Origin: Macrostomum hystrix | Lineage: Eukaryota; Animalia; Platyhelminthes | Direction of reading: 5' to 3' | Assembly: GCA_950097015.1 (NCBI GenBank) | Contig: CATNEN010000005.1 | Coordinates: forward strand, 4,278,001 to 4,342,000 | Length of the DNA: 64,000 nucleotides | Made by a program: the position numbers and the translations under genes | The notes under the pieces: model-generated | Seen by the model: only the letters and a program-made list of their open reading frames with translations | What the model was told of the DNA's origin: nothing | Database searches by the model: none | Shown: positions 47,180-60,800 of the stretch, piece after piece | How positions within the stretch are numbered: position 1 is the stretch's first letter | Layout: every line of letters begins with the position of its first letter

Positions 47180-50100
47180 AGGAGAGTAGGGTGGAGGGAA
47201 GGAGAGTAGGGTGGAGGGAAGGAGAGTAGGGTGGAGGGAAGGAGAGTAGGGTGAAGGAATGGAGAGTGGGGTGAAGGGATGGGGAGTAGGGTGAAGGGAG
47301 GGAGAGTAGGGTGAAGGGATGGAGAGTAGGGTGAAGGGATGGAGAGTAGGGTGGAGAGAAGGAGAGTAGGGTGAAGGAATGGAGAGTAGGGTGGAGGGAA
47401 GGAGAGTAGGGTGAAGGAATGGAGAGTAGTGTGAAGGGATGGAGAGTAGGGTGAAGGGAGGGAGAGTAGGGTGAAGGGAGGGAGAGTAGTGTGAAGGGAA
47501 GGAGAGTAGGGTGAAGGGAAGGTGAGTAGGGTGAAGGGATGGAGAGTAGGGTGAAGGGATGTAGACTAGGGTGAAGGGAGGGAGAGTAGTGTGAAGGGAG
47601 GGATAATAGGGTGGAAGGAAGGAGAGTAGGGTGAAGGAATGGAGAGTAGGGTGGAGGGAAGGAGAGTAGGGTGGAGGGAAGGAGAGTAGGGTGAAGGAAT
47701 GGAGAGTAGGGTGGAGGGAAGGAGAGTAGGGTGGAGGGAAGGAGAGTAGGGTGAAGGGAAGGAGAGTAGTGTGAAGGGATGGAGAGTAGTGTGAAGGGAT
47801 GGAGAGTAGGGTGAAGGGATGGAGAGTAGAGTGAAGGGATGGAGAGTAGGGTGAAGGGAGGGAGAGTAGGGTGAAGGGAGGGAGAGTGGGGTGAAGGAAT
47901 GGAGAGTAGGGTGGAGGGAAGGAGAGTAGGGTGAAGGAATGGAGAGTAGTGTGAAGGGAAGGAGAGTAGTGTGAAGGGAAGGAGAGTAGGGTGAAGGAAT
48001 GGAGAGTAGGGTGGAGGGAAGGAGAGTAGGGTGGAGGGAAGGAGAGTAGGGTGAAGGGAAGGAGAGTAGTGTGAAGGGATGGAGAGTAGTGTGAAGGGAT
48101 GGAGAGTAGGGTGAAGGGATGGAGAGTAGAGTGAAGGGATGGAGAGTAGGGTGAAGGGAGGGAGAGTAGGGTGAAGGGAGGGAGAGTGGGGTGAAGGAAT
48201 GGAGAGTAGGGTGGAGGGAAGGAGAGTAGGGTGAAGGAATGGAGAGTAGGGTGGAGGGAAGGAGAGTAGTGTGAAGGGAAGGAGAGTAGGGTGGAGGGAA
48301 GGAGAGTAGGGTGAAGGGAAGGAGAGTAGGGTGAAGGGATGGAGAGTAGGGTGAAGGGAGGGAGAGTAGGGTGAAGGGAAGGAGAGTAGTGTGAAGGGAA
48401 GGAGAGTAGTGTGAAGGGAGGGATAGTAGGGTGAAGGGAAGGTGAGTAGGGTGAAAAGAAGGAGAGTGGGGTGAAAGAATGGAGAGTAGGGTGAAGGGAA
48501 GGTGAGTAGTGTGAAAAGAAGGAGAGTAGGGTGAAAGAATGGAGAGTAGGGTGAAGGGAGGGATAATAGGGTGAAGGGAAGGAGAGTAGGATGAAGGGAA
48601 GGTGAGTAGTGTGAAAAGAAGGAGAGTAGTGTGAAGGGATGGAGAGTAGGGTGAAGGGATGGAGAGTAGTGTGAAGGGAAGGAGAGTAGTGTGAAGGGAT
48701 GGAGAGTAGGGTGAAGGGATGGAGAGTAGTGTGAAGGGAAGGTGAGTAGGGTGAAGGGAAGGAGAGTAGAGTGAAGGGAAGGTGAGTAGGGTGAAGGGAG
48801 GGAGAGTAGGGTGAAGGGAAGGTGAGTAGTGTGAAAAGAAGGAGAGTAGGGTGAAGGGATGGAGAGTAGTGTGAAGGGAAGGTGAGTAGGGTGAAGGGAA
48901 GGAGAGTAGAGTGAAGGGAAGGTGAGTAGGGTGAAGGGAGGGAGAGTAGGGTGAAGGGAAGGTGAGTAGTGTGAAAAGAAGGAGAGTAGGGTGAAGGGAT
49001 GGAGAGTAGTGTGAAGGGAAGGTGAGTAGGGTGAAGGGAAGGAGAGTAGAGTGAAGGGAAGGTGAGTAGGGTGAAGGGAGGGAGAGTAGGGTGAAGGGAA
49101 GGTGAGTAGTGTGAAAAGAAGGAGAGTAGGGTGAAGGGATGGAGAGTAGTGTGAAGGGAAGGTGAGTAGGGTGAAGGGAAGGAGAGTAGAGTGAAGGGAA
49201 GGTGAGTAGGGTGAAGGGAGGGAGAGTAGGGTGAAGGGAAGGTGAGTAGTGTGAAAAGAAGGAGAGTGGGGTGAAGGGATGGAGAGTAGGGTGAAGGGAT
49301 GGAGAGTAGTGTGAAGGGAAGGTGAGTAGGGTGAAGGGAAGGAGAGTAGAGTGAAGGGAAGGTGAGTAGGGTGAAGGGAGGGAGAGTAGGGTGAAGGGAA
49401 GGTGAGTAGTGTGAAAAGAAGGAGAGTAGGGTGAAGGGAAGGTGAGTAGTGTGAAAAGAAGGAGAGTAGGGTGAAGGGATGGAGAGTAGTGTGAAGGGAA
49501 GGTGAGTAGGGTGAAGGGAAGGAGAGTAGAGTGAAGGGAAGGTGAGTAGGGTGAAGGGAGGGAGAGTAGGGTGAAGGGAAGGTGAGTAGTGTGAAAAGAA
49601 GGAGAGTAGGGTGAAGGGATGGAGAGTAGTGTGAAGGGAAGGTGAGTAGGGTGAAGGGAAGGAGAGTAGAGTGAAGGGAAGGTGAGTAGGGTGAAGGGAG
49701 GGAGAGTAGGGTGAAGGGAAGGTGAGTAGTGTGAAAAGAAGGAGAGTGGGGTGAAGGGATGGAGAGTAGGGTGAAGGGATGGAGAGTAGTGTGAAGGGAA
49801 GGTGAGTAGGGTGAAGGGAAGGAGAGTAGAGTGAAGGGAAGGTGAGTAGGGTGAAGGGAGGGAGAGTAGGGTGAAGGGAAGGTGAGTAGTGTGAAAAGAA
49901 GGAGAGTGGGGTGAAGGGATGGAGAGTAGGGTGAAGGGATGGAGAGTAGTGTGAAGGGAAGGTGAGTAGGGTGAAGGGAAGGAGAGTAGAGTGAAGGGAA
50001 GGTGAGTAGGGTGAAGGGAGGGAGAGTAGGGTGAAGGGAAGGTGAGTAGTGTGAAAAGAAGGAGAGTAGGGTGAAGGGATGGAGAGTAGTGTGAAGGGAA

Positions 50101-50400
50101 GGTGAGTAGGGTGAAGGGAAGGAGAGTAGAGTGAAGGGAAGGTGAGTAGGGTGAAGGGAGGGAGAGTAGGGTGAAGGGAAGGTGAGTAGTGTGAAAAGAA
50201 GGAGAGTGGGGTGAAGGGATGGAGAGTAGGGTGAAGGGATGGAGAGTAGTGTGAAGGGAAGGTGAGTAGGGTGAAGGGAAGGAGAGTAGAGTGAAGGGAA
50301 GGTGAGTAGGGTGAAGGGAGGGAGAGTAGGGTGAAGGGAAGGTGAGTAGTGTGAAAAGAAGGAGAGTGGGGTGAAAGAATGGAGATTATGGTGAAGGTAA
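47180..50400. repeat. Purine-rich 20-bp satellite of about 3.2 kb (GGAGAGTAGGGTGAAGGGAA) with higher-order structure
   Basis: About 160 monomers in exact 20-bp register, a 300-bp block duplication (47701 vs 48001), and 140/160-bp higher-order units from about 48720. Confidence 0.97.
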
Positions 50401-51421
50401 GGGGAGTTGGGTGATGGGAAAATGTTTGGGATAGAGGAAAGATTATTGTTAAGCGAAGGAGAGTGTTACTAAGGGAAGGAGTGTATAGTTATGAAAGGAG
50501 AGAATGGGTCAGGGGTAGAATAGCATGGTAAAAGAATATAAAGTAAAGCAGAAGCGGGCATTGATTCAGAAAGTGTTTGTAGTCAAGTGAAAGCAGTTGT
50601 TTCTACTATGATGAACAGAATCCATATGCTATCTTTATGACGCCGCTTCAAAGAACACACCAGTAGCCAGTAGCCAGTCAGCCAGCCCAGTGAAGCGGGC
50701 TAGCTAAGTCTAATTAATAATTAAGGTCTTATGCAAAATACCTTATGCAAGACCGTTGCAAATCCAACAGACTTCTCCCTACTTATATAGTGGCCATTGG
50801 GACGACTGAGATTTGGGAAGAAAATGTACTTTTCTATTTATAAGCGTTCCATGTTATCAGTGTGCGGCAATCGACAAGTTTTTTCGAGGCATTGCTTATT
50901 GTTATAGAGGAAGAAAATCAGATCGATAAAATAGTTTCGGCATGGGATTACAGAACCTGCAGGTGCTTACAACCGCCTTATCACCTTTGAGAGTTATTTT
51001 TTCACTGCGGAATGCCTTCTCATTATCTTTTATGACCATGTATATTTTATCTGAAAGAGGCGAAATTTCTTGTCAGATCAACCCTCTCTGTCTGTCTTGT
51101 CATCTCTGTCTACATGAGGCTAGTGTGAAGTGTTGATATATATACTTTTTGGCCTACTAGGGATTATCAGAGATAAGCCAAGCATTTGGTCGCTTCCTAT
51201 AGATTCTGTGTCGCTGCTTAGAAGAACAATTTTATATTGAGTATCGATTATTTTTGTAAGAGTTCTGGGAAATCTTGTGGCATTGCGCGTTCTAGCCACG
51301 GAGCTGTGAATATGAGAGCCTAGTGAGGCTACTCCTTGCCAAACAGACATTTTCTAGGCGTCATTTTCGATATTTTTTCATTTGCAGAAGCATGTGTCTC
51401 TCTGCTGTTGCTAATTGATCT

Positions 51422-51640
51422 GTAGGCTGCGTACGGCTGTTCAGTCCATGGACTGGGGGGGACGCCACACCCACTCTCAGTTATCCCAGCTAATGCTGTT
51501 TCCCATTAAACAGCTGGGTGAACTGAAGCAATGCAGATTTATGCGTCTTGCTAAAGGAATCAAATTGTTCCAGTGGAGTCAGGAATCGAACCCCGGCCGG
51601 ACCTTCAAGTCACGAGTCCATCTCTCTAATCAATAGACTA
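51422..51640 (-). mobile_element. SINE family A copy 4
   Basis: Reverse complement has GGGGTTCGATTCCTGACTCCACTGGAA and the family A body. Confidence 0.8.
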
Positions 51641-53718
51641 AAACTCCTTGTTTTAATTATTGGAATTTAAAGAAACACAAAATCATTCTCCAAACATAAA
51701 AAATATTTTTATCAGAAACTTTCCTCGTTTTTGTTAAACCATGCTTTCAGTTAAGTGACTCATTGCGTAGAGTTCAAACAAAAAACTTTTTCTGACTCAA
51801 CATATTTGGACTATTATGGTATCATTTTCTCACTATATTCAGATGCAGTTTTTTAACAAGTAAATGGAGTTTACACGCTGTTAGTACATACATAATTTAT
51901 CTTACATACAAGAGAGAGTTTCAATGCATAAAATAAAATAAGTCTATAAAGTGTTTTTGCCGCGACTAGAATCACTTTGCTAAAAGTACATTTCAGCCTC
52001 TCAACCTAACTGACTGCATTGCCCATACACATCTCTTGTACGCACAGAGGCTGCCTAACCAGTAATTATTGATTGATTTTCTCTTAGCGAGGCTAAATTC
52101 TAATACGCAATTGCACTTTTAGAAAAATGCATGAAAAATAACGGTGACAAATTTTGTCTACAACTTTGTTAGGCCTATCCCAATGTCCATCGGTGCGAAT
52201 TTCTGGCTAACAGCAAATTGGTAAAGGAGTATTTATGTTGAAGCAGCAGTAATTTCTCTTGCTGGCTCTTGTGTTCGAGCTTAACTGTGAGCGACTTTTA
52301 TTCTGAAAAAGAATGATGGAGATTCGACATGCGAGCTATATCGGAATATCCGGGGTCCGGATGGCAGCGTTCTAAGCCGCAGCTGTCATCGCAAGTCTGC
52401 AGTCTTTCTTCCAGTAGGAAAAGAATGAAGAATGTTGCCTCAGCCTTTTCCCCATTTCGAATGCACTAGGCCTGCTGGTGTACCAGTATCACATTTGCAA
52501 TGTGTACCTATGCAGCTACGAGTAGTAGATGGTTGAAGACAGTCCCCCAAGCGAATGGCTACATGAATTTATGCGACAAGGCCATTGTGACCCAAGTTTG
52601 TGAGGCAGGGGGTTGATGTTGAAAGTAATACGGAGAGATAAAGAATTTAGTATTCGCGCAAGATAGGCGCGTTTCAAGAAAAGTGCTTTTTCATTTCCAA
52701 AATCCCAAACCCTTTGAACAAAAGTTCTAAATCTAAGCCACGAATTTCACACAGCAGGGACAAGTTCACACCTAGAGGGACAATATCCCATATCGAGTAC
52801 ACAGAATCTAAAAAGCTATCCTCGGGTTGTTTGTTCATCCTTATTCTTCATCTTTTCACTTTTCTGCCCGCCCTGCTTCGCACTGGATCGAGTGCTATTG
52901 CACAGCTCGTCCGCATCTGTCTGGAAACGAAGCATGGAAGGTCGTCACAGCGAGAAATTTTGACCGCCAGAGCCACCAAACGCGGCATACCGCGGCCGAG
53001 GGGTATAGAAAGAGCCCAGACAGCACGGTAAGAGCGAAGCGAGGAGGCTGCGACTGGGGAGAGGTGAAGAGCTTAGAATTTGATCCCTGGAGATTTGGGA
53101 GGCTGGTCCGCTGTGCCCCAGCGCCGAGCAATGCATGAGTTCCCATATCTTTCTCTGACTTAAATTTCTCGTCTCTCTGGCGACACCCCAATCTCCTAGC
53201 AAGCGGTTCTTCAGTTGCTGATTAAATTAGGCCAATAGTGTGGCTCTGTTGTGAGGCTTGAGCTCTATAGGATCGACGCTTGTCGATATCGGGCTGCTCT
53301 GTAATATCCCAGTTTTCCCGGCAGTTCTCTCGAACGGCATCGAGCAGGACCCATTGGGGACAGCTGGTCTGGAACCTCTCTTTGCCTCTCTTTTTGCATC
53401 TGTTGCTAGTCGGAATATATCAGCATATTTTGTGCTACTCCGTTTTTTGCCAATTTTAGAAGTTGTGGAATCTATTAAAACAGTTTCTGAAAAAACACAA
53501 ATAATCGATTGCACACGGAGCATCATTTCAGTGTGTAGACCCAACACCATCACAACCAACCAAAACGTGCGTCGAGTCGCGAGTCAAAAATCAGTCTATT
53601 GGACAGCCAATCCGGAAGATTCCCGATAAACCAAATATATAGAAGAGAGAGAAACTCGACGGCATCCTTTGATACCTCAGGAGGCGGTCTAAAATTTCTG
53701 CAAGACAGTCTGAGCGAC

Positions 53719-55569
53719 ATGGCTAGTGCGACACCGCCGCCCGACGCACTGTTGGACGACGCTTCAACCGGAGCTGATTCTGCTTCAGCTGCTGCCGCTG
53801 CCGCTGCTGCTGCTGCGGCGCTTCGCTCGCTGGGCCTGCCGTCGCTTCTGCTGCGCCTCCTGCGCTCAATGTCCATCAGGCGGCGTCACCGGCTGCGCTG
53901 GCGAGTGCTGGCCGAGCCAGATGGCAGCGTCGGGCTGCAGCTCGACTGGCCGGCACCAAGCGGCAGCGGCGGCGGCGTGGCGATCTCCAGGCGAAAAAAG
54001 TTTTATCGGAAGAGCGGAAAGCGACAATCTGCCGGCAGAGGGGAGGCGAATTCTCGCTCAGATTTTTCGCATGCTGATGGCGATCTCAGGTGTGTTTTTG
54101 TCGGGAGTTGAGCTCGTTTAACTGGAGTCTACTTCGCTTGCCGGTTCCCCGCTGAGTTCTGTGCACGCGCACTTTTTTATCGTCTCCGAATCATAATTGT
54201 CCCTTTGAACAGTCCGAACCTTCTCAACGCTCAACCTCCACCCCCAACCGCATCATCTAGCCGCTGCAGCACGTCGACTCAAACTCCTTCAGCATGGCTG
54301 GCTCAGCACTGTCGCGGCTGCTGCTGTCTGCAGCTGTCTGGCCTTCCAAATCACTACTACTCCGGGAGTCACTGCGGTCAACAATCGCAGGCCCAATACC
54401 GAACAGAGCGCAGCCGAGAGCCCCAGCTGGAAGCTCAAATGGCTGCTGTGAAACGCAGCAGATCAGTGGAATGCGGACTTCGAGCCTCAATGAGTCCTGA
54501 CGTTGAGTCACCTGAAATGCTTTCTCAACTGCCCCACCTGTCGCACCTGCAGCACCATCCGCCGCCGCCTCCGCCGACCTCCGCAACGCTGTCCTCCTCG
54601 CAAGCGTCCTGCACTTTCGCCAGCTCTGTTTGCTACCGGGAGGCTGCCGTTGCCGCCGCTACCGCCGCGGCCGCAGCAGCGGCAGCCGCCGCCGCTAATG
54701 CAGTATCGTCGGTGACGTCACCGAATCCGCCGCGTCGCTCTGTCACCTTTCACGGGGGATCCAGGGCCTGCCAGCAGCATCATCATCACCACCATCATCA
54801 TCAGCATCAGTACCAGCAGCAGCACCAGTACCAGCACCAGCAGCCGTGCCCGTATCAGCACTTGAGGTGCCCATTCGAAAGTGACTGCGAATTTGCCGAA
54901 CGTGTCGTCCACGCCGGCGGCCGATTTCGCAGCCGGAGCAGCGCCGCCAGCTTTGGCGCCCGCCTGCTGCGTGAAGTTCGCGCTCGGGTTGGCGCTGCCG
55001 CAGCCGCGGGCCGTCGCACCGGAGCCACAGTGGTCAGCGGAAAATACTTTCGCAGCCTCTCCTATTGGTGCGGCAGCGGCGGTGGCGGCGGTGGCGACGG
55101 CGGCGTGGCCGGAGGTGGAGGAGGCGGCAGAGGAAGACGACACCGTGGAGTCATCGGCGCTAGCGATGAAGAGGACGATGCGGATGCGAACGATTTTGGT
55201 CCGCCTCTGAGCTCACTCTCAGACGAAAAACTCGAGCCTGCGAGGCCGCCGCCTCCGTTTCAGCGTCACATGATGTCGCCAACCCCGACTCCGCCGCCGC
55301 CGCCGCCACCAATGTCTAGTCATCGTCGGCACCCGATGATCTCATCGGCTCATAGACCTCGCAGCCTCGACCAGGCTTTCCAGGAGGGCAACCAGCTGAT
55401 GCAACCGATGCAGCAGCCGATGCCTCCGCCGGCACCGTCACAGCAGCAACGACAAAAGGCAAGAACGCTCAACCATTGGGACTTTATCGGCGGTGGTGGA
55501 GGTGACGGAAGCGGCGGCGGAGGCAGCCGCAACGGTGGTGGCAGTGGCGGTCACATGACTTTTGTCTGA
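53719..55569 (+). CDS. Two-exon low-complexity, probably disordered protein (about 575 aa; poly-Ala, His/Gln, Pro and Gly runs), function unknown
   Basis: GC-rich coding-like codon usage. Exon 53719-54089 (CTCAG/GTGTGT) joins 54213-55569 (GAACAG/T) in phase 2. No recognisable domain. Confidence 0.6.
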
Positions 55570-57473
55570 GAATGTGCAGTTACTTCTAACGCGAGCGCCA
55601 TTTGTAAAACTAGCGGTTTTTACGGAAAATGAGTCGAGTTTCAATATTTTCCTACTTTTTTCCTCTTCTTCTTGTTAAAAAAATGGAACGATAAGTATTG
55701 CTTTGCGAGCCTTTTTGTGAGTGATTGCTTTTCGTTTGTTTCTTCGTTAAAAAAATTCTATCTATTTTAAGCAGTAGACATGAGATATCTTTGATACTCG
55801 AACCTTGATGCTTAAGCTAAGCAAGTTTATCTTTAAAGATATTGCACTAATGCAGCCTTCTCATAATGCATAATTTGCCTCAGCTGCACGCGTTGTTATT
55901 TCTCACCGTGGAAGTGATACCTCACACTTAATAATGGGTTAATAAGATTATAAAAAATACACTTTATCTCGCTTATAACCATATATATGAAGCAATATAT
56001 TCCGTCCATTTTGATTTTGTACTTTCGATCAGTTAAAAACTACTTGCAACTGCATCGATCCAGTTCCAACATTCGAATTAGTTCTCCGTTAGGTAATGCT
56101 TGTCACTCAAGAAAAATACTGGCGCGAAACTGTGAAGCAAAAACGAAAAATCTTCTAAGCCTGGTTTCTGCCGACGAACAGAAATTGTAATTTTTCTTCC
56201 CGTAGATATGTCGGTTTGGGGTTTTGCCTACGGTTGAAAGGTCCAATTATCGCCTGTCGCTTCATCCGAGCAATGACCCGATAGACTGACAGACTGGGCA
56301 GACAAGCAGACATCCAGGCTAAAGTGTTAATCATTTTCTGTGTAAAGTGCATCTTTCTGTTGAATGCACTACAATTTGCTGCTGACAGTTCCCAGGAAAG
56401 GGTGCTTGTGTGTTGCGAATGCAAATGCGAGTAGCTTGTGCAGTTATAAGAGCAGTTAGTAGTTAAAATAGCATCCTAATCCGAAACTAAGGTCTGGAGT
56501 TCGAATCCGCTGTACATCTATAGTCCAACTAAGCAAAGGTTTGTGAACTTTTTTTTACCAGGTTGATGTTGATAATAATTGGTATAATAAATTGATTACA
56601 CTTCTTCCAATTACTCCAGCCCCGGTTGTTCCACTGGAATTTCGATTCGAACGCCCGACGTTCAAGGCGTAAATCCGACTGTCTATCTATGCATGTGCAA
56701 AAGCGACTTCAATTATAAATTCGTGCTAATCAACGTTTATTATTTCTTAGTAAATTACTGAATTACTGATGAACTTTAGTCGACAGATTAAAAAAGCAGG
56801 TAGTTTATACTTGTTGCAGAAAACTTTATTGTTCTCAAAAATATGTAAACCATTTTTCAGTTGCTCATACACGCATATAAATATTTTTCAGCAGTTGCGA
56901 TCGCAGCTATAAAAATTGATTAATAAGGATAGAGTATTATTAACTGTCGTTTTGAGAACTTTTTCCCCTAAAATTTAAAACGAAAATAACATTTTTCTTG
57001 TCCAGTCACTGGAGACAAATAGTTGAAGACTGAATAAAGCTCTGAGAATAAAGATGACTAAGTTTAAGGACAGTTATAAAAATTGAAAAAAAGTAAAATG
57101 TAAAGAACAGGACTGAGAAAAATTGAAAATAAAGAGCTAGCCTGACTAGAAGGAGGTATAATAAGTATCATTGGGTTACAACAGATCGTAAATAGCAGAA
57201 GGTAGAATAAACACAGCAGTAAATAAATATGAGTGCACTTTAGATGTCTTCTGTAATTTTCGCTTTGATTTGTAAGATATAACAAAGCAAGTTATTCAAA
57301 TGTTTGATTTTTTTAAGTTCGAAAAAAATGTTTTTTTTTAAGACGCCATCATTTGTCCACTGAGTTACTTAGTCAATGCAATCACTCACCTATTAAATAA
57401 TGAATATCAAGGCAGTGCTTAAAGATTAAACGTTTTTAAGTGCAATAGGAAAATAATAAAGTAAAGTATAGAA

Positions 57474-57588
57474 TAATACCCCCCTGATTTCGTTTCTATG
57501 GCATAGGAACTGCTTCGGACTGCGCCTCGGTGTAGAAACGCGTCCTCAGCCGTTCCTAGGCCATAGACAACGATTTCAGGGGGTATTA
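57474..57588. mobile_element. Palindromic MITE of about 115 bp
   Basis: Arms TAATACCCCCCTGATTTCGTTTCTATGGCATAGGAAC / GTTCCTAGGCCATAGACAACGATTTCAGGGGGTATTA. A similar half-copy lies near 13712. Confidence 0.75.
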
Positions 57589-57598
57589 TAGTATATAT

Positions 57599-57775
57599 TC
57601 AATCCTAAAGCTTGGCCCGGCTCACGAGATTGCACTACTATAACTGTTTACAGCAACTGTGACCATAGACTATATGTTTAATCGGCCTAGGCCGTTAAGT
57701 GACTGGCTTAGGCCAGTTTAATAACAAAAAAATAGAATTAATAGCCAATAGGCCGGGCCAAGCTGGGGATTAAAT
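57599..57775. mobile_element. Small TIR element (AATCC..AGCTTGGCCCGGC / GCCGGGCCAAGCT..GGATT)
   Basis: Imperfect TIRs of about 22 bp, just downstream of the dynein stop codon. Confidence 0.6.
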
Positions 57776-57847
57776 TCAACCAACCACCGAAAAAAAACAA
57801 AAATCAGTAGTATATCGCAGTCAGATCCAGTTCAGCCATCAGTCGAA

Positions 57848-60800
57848 TCACATGACGTCGCAGAGCAGCGCCACTCCACGCATGACCCAATGATCCGCTG
57901 GCAGACTAGTTCGCAGCTTGATGGCGGCCACGTAGGTGAGGTCTGTGCGACGCGGCTTCTTGTAGATCGGGCACAGGTACAGCTTCTCGTCCTTCGTCGG
58001 CCCGTTGATGGCGTAGATGTGCACCACAGGCAGCTGTTCGTTGAGGATCTTCGGCCGGGCCTCCGTCAGGCGGCTGTTTCTGCGGTCCCAGCCGGCGCCC
58101 TCCAGGAACAGGCCGTGAACGTAAACTCCCTCGGCTGGCGGGCTGTGCACATCGGATAGAAGCATTTTGGTGACATCGTTGTGCAGCAGGACGCTGTCCA
58201 GCGCCCAGCCCTTGTGGGCGCGCGTCACCTCCTGGCGCATGGCGGTCAGGAAGCCCTGCGGATTGAAGAAGCCGGTCATCCAGAAGCAGTTGGGTCGGCC
58301 GGAAAACACCCAGGTGTGGAACTGCTGGTTCCGGTTGATCAGCTCCGTGAACCAGAAGCCGAGAGCGGAAGAGTCCCAGGAGATCTTGCTCCACACCTTC
58401 GGTATCTTGGCGTCGTACATGGAGTCCAGTGCGTCGCGCAGGTTCTCGTTCATGATGATGGTGCCGTCGATTGCCAGCTTGAGATCTGTCAGCGTGGTTC
58501 TCACGGCAGAGATGACGCGCTGCATGCGGTCCACCTCCTGCCTGAGGAAGATGTTCATCGGCTGCAGCGGGCCCATCTTTTGCAGTCGCTCACGAACCTC
58601 GAACGGCACATAGTCGCCTGGCAGCTTCTCCAGGAGGTCCTCGGCCTGCTTGTACACCACAGACTCGCGAGTTTCACCCGAGCCGCCACCGGAGTCCTTC
58701 GGCTGAATGCTGAGGATGCAGTCCAGAATGGTCTTAGTGGTGCGGCCCTGGTAGCTGATGTCAGCGTTGGCGTGCAGGCCGAACACCTGCGGCGTGTCAT
58801 AGCCGGGCAGGTTCTGAATATATTCGAAGTACTCGTTGAGCCTGGCAAACTTCGGAATGCTGTAGCCTTTGTAGAACTCAAAAGTTGGCTCGAACATCTT
58901 CTCGGAGAACCAGACCTTGCAGAAGGTGTTGAGCAGAATCTTGTCGAAGTCGTCGGTAACCCTGCCGCCGTACTGGATTTCGCTGAGCATGTACCTGACG
59001 GTGCTCCAGTTTACACCCTTCTTTAGATCCATATCATCAAGGTGGTTCTGCACGAACTGGATGCTCGCATTCAAATCAGCAGTGTTGAACTCGTAGGGAA
59101 TATTCCAACCGATCGGGCCGAACTTTCGACGTTCTTGGACGACTGTGTGCAGGAAGGCAACACCGTAGAGCATCGGGCGCCACTGCGCCATGTTGCTGAT
59201 GTCCAGGAAGTCCTGAGTGAAGCTGGTGAAGGTTCGCTTCAGGCCTGCCTTCACTCCCTGAGGCGGCTCGTTAGTGAACTTGATGGACTGCTGGAGGAAG
59301 GAGATGGGGAATTTCGGGTGTACCTCACATGTGACCCACAGGCTGAAGTCCTCGTGCACCGTTTCCGCCTCCACTAGCTGGTCCATGACTTCCATAAGAT
59401 AGTCTAGAGACAGATGACAGTTCTGCAGCAGAACCCAGCCTCCATTCAGCAGGCAATTAGACATGAGACGCCTGGCGTGAACCTCCTGTCCCTGACCCAT
59501 CGAGATGGCCTTGCACTCCTTCTTGTGCTTCTTGGCCAGCAGTTCAATGCTCGGTGTGGGATCCGAGCCCATCGATAGCAGGCCAACCATTGGGGTTCGT
59601 GGCTCGGATTCCTCCCAGACGACTTCCACATCGAGGATGACACCCTCGGCAAACTTTTCTCCAAGACTGTCGGCGATGTACCGCTTCGCCTGAGAGATGG
59701 TTCGATCCGGGCACCAGGACCTGATGAGCAGAAGGCGTCGGAATGCGTCTAGGTTTGTACTGTACCCATCAGGTATGATTTCTTCCTCCGGGGCTTCTTT
59801 ATCAAACCACTGCTTCCAGGCCTTCTCACTGCGGCTGATCTGGTCCAGGATGCCAGAGAACTGGTGAAGGTTCGACAGCTCGACTAGGTTTAGCCATGTG
59901 GAGTCCAGAATCCACTTGTGTGGCTTTGGTTGCACCACATTCAGGTCCAGAGATGCACCGCCCTTAATAAGGGTCTGGAACTCCTCGTGCTTCACCTTCT
60001 TACCGTGAATGTCAATCTTCAGGGCCAACAACAGAGTGAATGTCATTTTGTCCTCTTCGTATAGTCCACGGACTGCATACTTCCAAACCTCAAAAGTCAT
60101 GTAGTCGATTATATTGGTTATCCGTTTGGTTGTGATTGGCGACTTCGACGACCGCTCCATCGAGAGGTCAAAGAGGCCAAGGAATTGTCTCAATGACGTC
60201 TGGTACATGACATTCACCATGGACATCTCGGTAATCAAGAAGTACAGAATTGAGCCTCTAGATGCTACTGGGCGGTACTCCTCTCGAGCTGATGCAATCT
60301 TAATCTGAGTGTCTTTCGCAGTCTCAATTTTCTGTCTGACATCGGCGGACGTTACTTTGGTTTCTTTAAGAACGCCAATCAGCTCTTCGTCATCAACTAG
60401 TGAGCCCTGAGTGCTAGTCAGTCTGAACAACAGGGTGTCTTCCAGGTTCTTCATAATTTTGTTGTTGTTAGTTACGTCTTCCATCAGTTGAACCCTCTGT
60501 TCTTCGAGCTCTGACTTCTCGGTCTTGATCACACGACCAAGCAGCTGATCCTCCAAGCCTTTCATTGTCACCGTGAAGTCAATGATGCTTGTTTTGGCAT
60601 AAATTTCTGGAGTATAAGCAGGGTTCGGCAGTTTGGTTGTTACAAAAAGGGTGAAACCTTTCAGCACGTCGACTTCCTTGTCACCAACTTTGACCTTCAG
60701 AGTGGACCCCTGTTTGATGAAGTTCTTCTCGAGCACGTTGTCGAGTGCAGGATCTAACTCCTCATTAATATCCTCGATGAGAAGCGGCCGGCCTAGAGAT

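Noticed and set aside
52714-53629. Several 85-123 aa ORFs upstream of the low-complexity gene
   Set aside because: They overlap on both strands with no domain or splice support. Likely UTR or intergenic.
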